The notes beneath the pieces are model-generated. The model was not told where the DNA came from and ran no database searches. It worked only from the letters and a program-made list of their open reading frames with translations. Positions 57,571 to 64,000 of a DNA stretch of 64,000 nt are shown one piece after another (within the stretch, counting starts at the first letter, position 1; each line of letters opens with the position of its first letter). The position numbers were made by a program, and so were the translations under genes. This stretch comes from Acidobacteriota bacterium. Lineage in GTDB: Bacteria > Acidobacteriota > CAIWXX01. The stretch lies in NCBI GenBank assembly GCA_040755995.1, contig JBFMAF010000052.1, positions 51,202 through 115,201 of the forward strand, read 5' to 3'.

Positions 57571-57599
57571 AGTGTAGGGCTGACGTGCCTTGATGTCAA
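57571..57599 (-). promoter_or_regulatory. Sigma70 promoter of the polysaccharide operon
   Basis: TTGACA-17 bp-TACACT on the minus strand. Confidence 0.7.
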
Positions 57600-57705
57600 G
57601 TATCACTGGAACCCGGGCAGAGCACTCCTGTGACATTCATGAAGGAGTCGACATCGACCAGCGAGGGAGGTGAAATGAAGGCGCCGTCGAGATTCAGGAG
57701 GTAGG

Positions 57706-57810
57706 CTACGTGCTCGGTCGCTGTAGATATACGCTGGTGCCGGCGCTGGTGATGTTCGCAGGGGCTGAAGTCGCCCGGCTGTCCGAGGGTCGCGATCTGG
57801 CGGAGGCCGT
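57706..57810 (+). repeat. 105 bp direct repeat, copy 2 (GT-C gene fragment)
   Basis: Matches 20056-20160 at about 89%. Confidence 0.9.
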
Positions 57811-57912
57811 ACGTTGCGCCGGAGCGACATGGAATTGCGCCTGCTGGAAGAACGCTGAGCGATCGCGCGAGCCGATTGTCCGCTGGACGGTCGCTGGGAT
57901 AGTATTTCATCG

Positions 57913-59241
57913 ATGCGCATCAGCGAGAGGCTGGATCAGCTCCCCCTGTCACGATTCCACTGGTGGGTCGTGGTCAGCGCCGGTCTGGGCTGGATGTTCG
58001 ACGCGATGGATTCGGGGATCGTCTCATTCGTCCTGCCGGTGCTTGCGAAGGAATGGGGGCTTGCGCCGCAGCAAGTGGGAAGGATCGGCAGCATGGGCCT
58101 GGCGGGCATGTTCGCAGGCGCCGTGCTTGTCGGCGCGCTCTCGGATCGGTTCGGGAGGAGGCTCCTCTTCCAATCAACACTCGCGCTCTTCAGTGTCGCG
58201 ACCGGCCTCTGCGGCATCACGACCGGCTACCTCTCGCTCCTGGCCATGCGGTTTCTCGTCGGCATGGGCCTCGGCGGCGAGCTGCCGGTAGCGAGCACCT
58301 TGGTGAGCGAGTTCTCGCCGCGCGAGCACCGTGGAAAGCTCGTGGTGGTGCTGGAGAGCTTCTGGGCATTCGGCTGGGCACTCGCCGCCGTCCTCTCATA
58401 CCTTCTCATTCCGCACTGGGGCTGGCGCGCGGGGTTCTTCGTCGGCTGCCTGCCCGTGCTGTATGTGCTGTGGCTGCGACGCGCGGTGCCCGAGTCCCCA
58501 CGGTATCTCGAGGCCATAGGCCGCTTTGCGGAGGCGACGAGGGTCGTGCGATCGGTAGAGGCTGCGTGTGGTCAGCGGGCAGAGCCGATCGAAGCCGCCG
58601 CGAGCATCGAGCCTGCCGCATCACCAGGGCTCGGCGCGATCTGGAGGGGCGGGCTGGTCCGCCGCACCATCATGCTGTGGCTCCTGTGGTTCGCGATGGT
58701 CTATTCCTACTACGGCATCTTCATCTGGCTGCCGTCGCTGATGGTCGCTCGCGGACTCGGCCTGGTCAAGTCATTCGAATACGTGTTAGTCATCACGGCG
58801 GCGCAGATCCCAGGCTACTTCAGCGCCGCCTGGTTTGTGGACCGTGCCGGCCGCAAGCCTACGCTGACGGTGTATCTGCTCGGCTGTGCCGGTGCGGCCG
58901 TGGGCTTCGGTTTGGCGCAGTCGGCCGGTGCCGTAGTCACCCTGGGTTGCCTCATGTCCTTCTTCAACCTCGGCGCTTGGGGCGTGGTCTACACGTACAC
59001 GCCTGAGAGCTACCCCACGGCGCTGCGAGGAACGGGATCGGGCTGGGCGGCGGGTGTCGGGCGCCTTGGCGGGATCATCGCCCCGCTCGTGGTCGGCCAC
59101 ATCCTAGCACTTGCACCCGGGCGGCAGGACGTGGTCTTCATCCACTTCGCAGCGGTGATCGTGGTGGGCCTCCTGTCGGTTGTCATCCTGGGCGAAGAGA
59201 CGAAGGGCCGCAGTCTCGAGTCGCTCGAGGCGGAGCTCTAG
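57913..59241 (+). CDS. MFS transporter (NiaP/aromatic acid type)
   Basis: SDRFGRR, GLGGELPV, VPESPRYL, YTPESYPT, ETKGRSLE. Confidence 0.93.
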   Translation: MRISERLDQLPLSRFHWWVVVSAGLGWMFDAMDSGIVSFVLPVLAKEWGLAPQQVGRIGSMGLAGMFAGAVLVGALSDRFGRRLLFQSTLALFSVATGLCGITTGYLSLLAMRFLVGMGLGGELPVASTLVSEFSPREHRGKLVVVLESFWAFGWALAAVLSYLLIPHWGWRAGFFVGCLPVLYVLWLRRAVPESPRYLEAIGRFAEATRVVRSVEAACGQRAEPIEAAASIEPAASPGLGAIWRGGLVRRTIMLWLLWFAMVYSYYGIFIWLPSLMVARGLGLVKSFEYVLVITAAQIPGYFSAAWFVDRAGRKPTLTVYLLGCAGAAVGFGLAQSAGAVVTLGCLMSFFNLGAWGVVYTYTPESYPTALRGTGSGWAAGVGRLGGIIAPLVVGHILALAPGRQDVVFIHFAAVIVVGLLSVVILGEETKGRSLESLEAEL

Positions 59242-59287
59242 TAGTAGCAGGCTTTCAATACCGCAGCACGCGCGGAAGCTGCACAGG

Positions 59288-61117
59288 TCACTTCTTGATC
59301 GCAATCAGCGAATAGGTGTCGGCGACGTACAGGAAATCGCCGTCTGCGACAACGGCCACGGCCTCGCCCGGCGTGTCGAGTGTCTCCACGGCCTTGGGTG
59401 CCGACGGCCGGCTGACGTCGATCTTGCTGATTCCATTCTTCTCGTCGGCGATGTAGACGAAATCGCCTGAAACAGCGACATCGGATGCGAAGCCGGGAGT
59501 GTCGAGCGACGCGACGGAGGTTGGTTTGCCAGGATCATGAATGTCCAGGATCAGCAATCCCGAGTCACCATCGGCAACGTACGCGCAGGTTCCATTCACC
59601 GCGACACCGTAAGCCATTCCAGGAGTCTTCAACTGCCCTGCAAGGACGGGTGCCCGAGGGTCGTGAACGTCGAGAACCATCAACTTCCCGACGTCGCTCT
59701 TTGCGAGATAGGCGTAGTTCCCCTGGACGGCCAGGCCGTATGCGTAACCGCCGATCTGGCGCGAGCCCCGGAGCGCGGGATTCGCAGGATCTTTGACATC
59801 GACGACGACCAGCCCGAAGTTGTCGGAGGCCACGTAGGCGTAGTCCCCTTGCACGACGATCTTCCTCGACGAACCCGGGAGATCTATGGACATTCCAGGC
59901 TTGGGCTCGGCCGGATTCGAGAGATCGAAGACCCAGAAATCTTTGAAACGGTCTGACAAGAAGACGTAGTTCCCCTTCACTGCGAAGCTGTGAGCGCGCC
60001 GGACTTGTTGGAAAGATCCTCGGAGGCCCAACGAGCGCGGCTGACTCTTGTCGACCACGTTGAATCCGGAGTAATCGCCGCCGGTGTAAATGTTCTTCTC
60101 ATCCGCCGCCAGGCAGGTGATCGAGGCGGGGGTTGAGTAGCCTCCGGCAAACTTCGGTTCCGCGATGTTTCCGATGTCGAGGATGACGAGGCCCGTCATC
60201 TCCTCTGCCAGGTACAGGAGATCGTCCTTGAGACACGTTCCCCATGCCTCCATGCCGCTTGTGTCTGCGGGAGTGGCCAATGCTGGAGCCTTCGGATTGC
60301 GGACGTCGATGATCTGCAGGCCCCCTTCGTACTGATTCGAGAGGAAGGCCAGCGTCCCCTCGGGATTCAGGCTGACCGCACGAGCACCGGCGCTCGGGGA
60401 GAAGGAACCCGTGATCGCCGGTCTGGCCGCGGGCGCGATGCTAACGATCTGCAGCCCAGATCCTCCGTCGGCCACGTAGGCTGCGCCTCCTCTGACTGCG
60501 ACTCCAGTCGCCGTCCCCGGCGTATCGCAGGTCGCTCGGATGGTCGGCGCTTTCGGATTCTCGATGTCGACGATCAGCAGTCCGCTCTCGCCATCGGCCA
60601 CGTACGCCGTGCCGGCCGATACGGCCACGTCTGTGGCCCAATCCGGAGTGTCGACGGTTCCCAGGCGCCTCGGAGCAGCGTGGTTGCTGATGTCGACCAC
60701 GTGCAGCCCTGCATCGCCGGCTGCGACGCAGGCGATGGTCCCGGAAAGCGCGATACCCAAGCACGCTCCGGGAAGCGCCAGGCGCGCTTCAAGCTCGGCA
60801 TGTTGGGGATCGGCTGCAGACACGATGGCGAGGCCCTGGGATGCGCACGCGATGAATGCGACGCCGTCTCTGACTTCTATCGCGCCGCCGCCGCCAAGAT
60901 AGAGGCGCGACACAAGACTCACGTTCTTCACGTCGGCCACGTCCAGGATCTGCAGGCCGTCCGCCATGGTGCAATAGGCGTACTTCCCTGCGACCTGCAC
61001 ATGAGACATTCCGGTCCACAACGTGCTCCCAACGACCTCCATCGATGGGTGCGCGTGAGTAGCCCCCGCACAGAACACTGCGCCGAGGAAGATCCCGATG
61101 CTTCTGCTGGATCTCAT
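59288..61117 (-). CDS. Secreted LVIVD-repeat protein
   Basis: Signal peptide; many AYVADG.SGL.IVD...P..P repeats. Confidence 0.9.
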   Translation of the reverse strand: MRSSRSIGIFLGAVFCAGATHAHPSMEVVGSTLWTGMSHVQVAGKYAYCTMADGLQILDVADVKNVSLVSRLYLGGGGAIEVRDGVAFIACASQGLAIVSAADPQHAELEARLALPGACLGIALSGTIACVAAGDAGLHVVDISNHAAPRRLGTVDTPDWATDVAVSAGTAYVADGESGLLIVDIENPKAPTIRATCDTPGTATGVAVRGGAAYVADGGSGLQIVSIAPAARPAITGSFSPSAGARAVSLNPEGTLAFLSNQYEGGLQIIDVRNPKAPALATPADTSGMEAWGTCLKDDLLYLAEEMTGLVILDIGNIAEPKFAGGYSTPASITCLAADEKNIYTGGDYSGFNVVDKSQPRSLGLRGSFQQVRRAHSFAVKGNYVFLSDRFKDFWVFDLSNPAEPKPGMSIDLPGSSRKIVVQGDYAYVASDNFGLVVVDVKDPANPALRGSRQIGGYAYGLAVQGNYAYLAKSDVGKLMVLDVHDPRAPVLAGQLKTPGMAYGVAVNGTCAYVADGDSGLLILDIHDPGKPTSVASLDTPGFASDVAVSGDFVYIADEKNGISKIDVSRPSAPKAVETLDTPGEAVAVVADGDFLYVADTYSLIAIKK

Positions 61118-61126
61118 GGCTGCGGC

Positions 61127-62014
61127 TCAGATGAGAATCCCATCGGCCCAGCCCAGCTTGACCAGGTCGATACGGGCCGGGTCGCAGGTGCCCAGGTTGT
61201 GCTTCTTGTCAGCTGCTTCGATGCTGCGGGGGTAGGGCATCACGCGGGCTTCTCGCGGGCCGAAGACTTCCGATCGCTTGGTCGTGACCAGCTTCAATGC
61301 CAATGAGTCGATGGCTACCGGATCGGTCCCGACCATGATGCCGTTGTAATTCCACACGTAGCGGCGATCGAAGTGATGCGGTCCTTTGGCGTGGAACTGC
61401 GGCGTCAGGACGCTCAGGACGTGCAGCCGCGTCTTGCCCTTCACCTGGGGAAGGCTGAACAGGAGGGCCAGGTCTTCGCATGTGTTGGGATGGTAGTCGG
61501 GGATATTGGCGGCGAAGGGAGCGAAGTTCTTCATGCAGCCGCTGATACCGGCCAGGTAGTGCGTGCGCAGAGGGCGGGCGTTGATCAAGGCCGTAGCCTT
61601 TTGGAACACCGGCCTGTCGCGCACTTCCCGGTCGTTGATGTCGATGTTCTCTTCCTTCACGCCGGCGGCCCGCACCCGCTCCCTAAGCACGTTCTCCAAC
61701 TCCGGCGGCGTGGGCAGATAGTTCCAAACATTCGTCTTGATGCCCACTACGTCATCGGGCTTGATGATGGCCCGGAACGCTTCGATCGCGTCCTTCTTTT
61801 GAAAGAGGGCCGTCACGGCTTCGTCGAGCATCTGGCCGAGGACCCTCTGGTCGATCTTGAGGTTCTCGTCGAGCGCCGCCTGATTGCGAATCAGAATCAC
61901 TCTCGATTTCTGCTGCTGGGGGAACACGTCTCCGGCTGACAGCGCGATCGACGCGCCCAAGGCGGCCACAGCGCTCTGCCGCATGAACTCGCGACGCGTG
62001 ACGATGTCCTTCAT
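61127..62014 (-). CDS. DUF362-domain protein with Tat signal
   Basis: TRREF; VGIKTN, RTH, MKN, DPVAID. Confidence 0.82.
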   Translation of the reverse strand: MKDIVTRREFMRQSAVAALGASIALSAGDVFPQQQKSRVILIRNQAALDENLKIDQRVLGQMLDEAVTALFQKKDAIEAFRAIIKPDDVVGIKTNVWNYLPTPPELENVLRERVRAAGVKEENIDINDREVRDRPVFQKATALINARPLRTHYLAGISGCMKNFAPFAANIPDYHPNTCEDLALLFSLPQVKGKTRLHVLSVLTPQFHAKGPHHFDRRYVWNYNGIMVGTDPVAIDSLALKLVTTKRSEVFGPREARVMPYPRSIEAADKKHNLGTCDPARIDLVKLGWADGILI

Positions 62015-62028
62015 TGTTCCATCCTCCA

Positions 62029-62913
62029 CTACCTGTCCTTCATGGCCGCCATCCATGTAGCCGCCCGTTCCTCGTCGGGGGAATCGAAGACGATCTTCAC
62101 GAGCCGTCCGCTGCATCGTGCCATGGTCCATCCGCCGTTCTCCATCTTCGCCACTCCGTTGGTTGCTTCAGGCATGTAGATATTCAGGAAGTTGCTGTAC
62201 GCAGCGCCGGCAAGGCTGGGCTGCTCGTAGCGGACGACGAGCAAGGTGATGGGGTCGCTCTCAGGCAGCGGGCATTCGGCCAGCACACATTCGGTCTTCG
62301 GGCTCAACCCCAAGATGTTTTCGTCGGCCACGAAGTAGTGCTTCTCCAACTGCAGCGGCATGTGGAAGTAGCGGATCCTGTCTCGATTGCAGCCCGTGTC
62401 GGGAAGCACGTTCAGAAGCTCGGGCTCGGCGCCGTTCTCGAGAATCGCAGCCGCGACCTCTTTCCCGATTTCAAGGACAGCGGCATCCGTCCCCTCACCG
62501 CCCGTGCTTGCCATGACCGAAACGAAGAAGTCCCCCTTCCAGAATCGCAGCAGGCCGCCGCCGAATTCAGATCCCTGGCCGATCCCTGCGTCGGCCTCCT
62601 CCCGCTCGCTCGTGAAAACGCCGAAGGCGTCCGCGGCCGATCCCATCTCGTACACCTCCAGCACGATCTCACCCTGTCCGGGCCCGGTGAACGTCCTCGC
62701 CAGCACCTGTTGGAAATCGTATGCCAGGTACAACTCGGCCCCTCCGTCGATGTACTGGTAGATTGACTTCCGGTCATACGTCTGGTCAGTCCCCTCAGCC
62801 CGCCATTCCCCGATCTGCCGGGGCAGGGACAGTTCCTGTGTCTTCATGACGCCTCCGTCCACGATGGCCGAAACAACCAACCCCACACAAAACGACACGA
62901 CCAGTTGATGCAT
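62029..62913 (-). CDS. DUF6599-like exported protein
   Basis: IYQYIDGGAELYLAYDF, VYEMGSAADAFG. Confidence 0.7.
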   Translation of the reverse strand: MHQLVVSFCVGLVVSAIVDGGVMKTQELSLPRQIGEWRAEGTDQTYDRKSIYQYIDGGAELYLAYDFQQVLARTFTGPGQGEIVLEVYEMGSAADAFGVFTSEREEADAGIGQGSEFGGGLLRFWKGDFFVSVMASTGGEGTDAAVLEIGKEVAAAILENGAEPELLNVLPDTGCNRDRIRYFHMPLQLEKHYFVADENILGLSPKTECVLAECPLPESDPITLLVVRYEQPSLAGAAYSNFLNIYMPEATNGVAKMENGGWTMARCSGRLVKIVFDSPDEERAATWMAAMKDR

Positions 62914-63094
62914 TGTTTCTGATTCCCTCCTCACAGATCACATTCGCCGGCTTCCATTATAGGACAACTCCACGAATGCAAGTGCACCCCCGCCGGATCG
63001 GGAACGCAGTGCGCTTCTGCCGCGGATCGACTATGATAGGCGGGCGTTACCGGATGGAACAAGACGCAGTCCTGGCAGACCGGATGAGGCAGAC

Positions 63095-63877
63095 ATGATG
63101 GATTCAAGGAACACCCTACGTCTGTACGAAGACCTATCCTGGATCTTCCCCATCTTCACTCCGATCGAGCACTATCTTCAGGAGACTGAGGAGTTCAGCC
63201 GCCTCATCCAGCAACAGGCGCACCGGCCGGTGGAGACGCTCCTGCATCTGGGCTGCGGGGCCGGGCACAACGACTTCACGTTCAAGAGGTTCTTCCGGGT
63301 CACCGGAATCGACTCGAGTCGAGCCATGATAGAACTGGCCAGGAAGCTGAACCCCGAAGTGGACTACGGGATCGGCGACCTGCGGACAGTCAAGCTGGAC
63401 AGGAGATTCGATGCCGTGACTGCCATCGACTCCTTGGACTACTTGCTCACCCCCGACGATTGGCAAGCAGCCTGTGCGACCGCCTTCCACCATTTGAACC
63501 CCGGGGGCGTCTTCTTCTTTCTGGTTGAGGCGACGCGGGAGGACTTCGAACAGAACCGGTGCTCGGTCTGGAGATCGGTACGGGGAGAGGTCGAAATCGT
63601 CACGTTGGAAAACTGTTACGATCCCGACCCGGAGGACACCACCTACGAGACTACCTTCGTCCACCTGATCCGCCGGGCCGGAAAGCTCGATGTGCAGACT
63701 GACATCCACACGTGCGGTCTTTTCCCCGCGCGTTTCATCGAGGACAAGCTCCGCGAGGCGGGCCTCGATGCGAGACGACTTGAGTACCGGCCCCCGCCCT
63801 CCGCCGTGCAGGCTTACTCTTCAGGCCCCTGCGGCAAGGAATGCTATGTCCTGCTCCTCGGCCTGAAACCTATCTAG
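63095..63877 (+). CDS. Class I SAM-dependent methyltransferase
   Basis: LLHLGCGAGHN, GIDSS..M, DSLDY, HLNPGG. Confidence 0.88.
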   Translation: MMDSRNTLRLYEDLSWIFPIFTPIEHYLQETEEFSRLIQQQAHRPVETLLHLGCGAGHNDFTFKRFFRVTGIDSSRAMIELARKLNPEVDYGIGDLRTVKLDRRFDAVTAIDSLDYLLTPDDWQAACATAFHHLNPGGVFFFLVEATREDFEQNRCSVWRSVRGEVEIVTLENCYDPDPEDTTYETTFVHLIRRAGKLDVQTDIHTCGLFPARFIEDKLREAGLDARRLEYRPPPSAVQAYSSGPCGKECYVLLLGLKPI

Positions 63878-64000
63878 CCTGGATTTCCACGGACAACCAT
63901 TCGCCTAAGCGGGACGGGGATTTCGGGCCCAGGCAATCCGGCCTTGGCATCGGAATCGTAACTATTCAGCACCGTCTAATCTGTTCGCGGCTGACCCAAC

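Noticed and set aside
1..64000. Many long antisense and alternative-frame ORFs in the track (e.g. 11994-13451, 17803-19689, 27045-28739)
   Set aside because: They are shadows of real high-GC genes: Arg/Pro/Ala-rich, without motifs or RBS.

Overview
High-GC bacterial chromosomal window; gene content (PadR plus prefix-domain ABC permease, DUF362, sdhCAB type) is compatible with Acidobacteriota or a related lineage, but this is inference only. Left part: a lipoprotein, a cluster of toxin-antitoxin (TA) genes, sdhCAB, a secreted beta-propeller-like protein, a nitronate monooxygenase-family flavoprotein and an OmpA-family protein. Next comes a tightly coupled operon: ECF sigma, a zinc anti-sigma fused in frame to a Q/A/G-rich GAV-repeat membrane protein (with an internal RBS), a tandem paralog, a large HExxH peptidase/propeller/beta-barrel outer-membrane protein and a PrsW protease. 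This is the best candidate for an undescribed system. From about 20.1 to 57.8 kb lies a nested, integrase-free accessory region marked by four pairs of long imperfect direct repeats (105, 146, 526 and about 155 bp). It holds an envelope-stress cargo (serine hydrolase, PadR/permease, BlaI/M56-M23, Ntn hydrolase), a minus-strand wzm/wzt polysaccharide cluster with a split transketolase and heptose-type enzymes, and a 6.9 kb defence-like islet (truncated helicase, ankyrin-SIR2, HNH, TIGR04255-X-ART-like triad). At least four antitoxin genes are intact while their adjacent toxin genes survive only as short scars. The right end holds an MFS transporter, a DUF6599-DUF362-LVIVD operon and a methyltransferase. 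No rRNA, tRNA, CRISPR array, integrase or transposase was recognised. All family calls come from motifs read by eye, not from database searches; identities were hand-counted.
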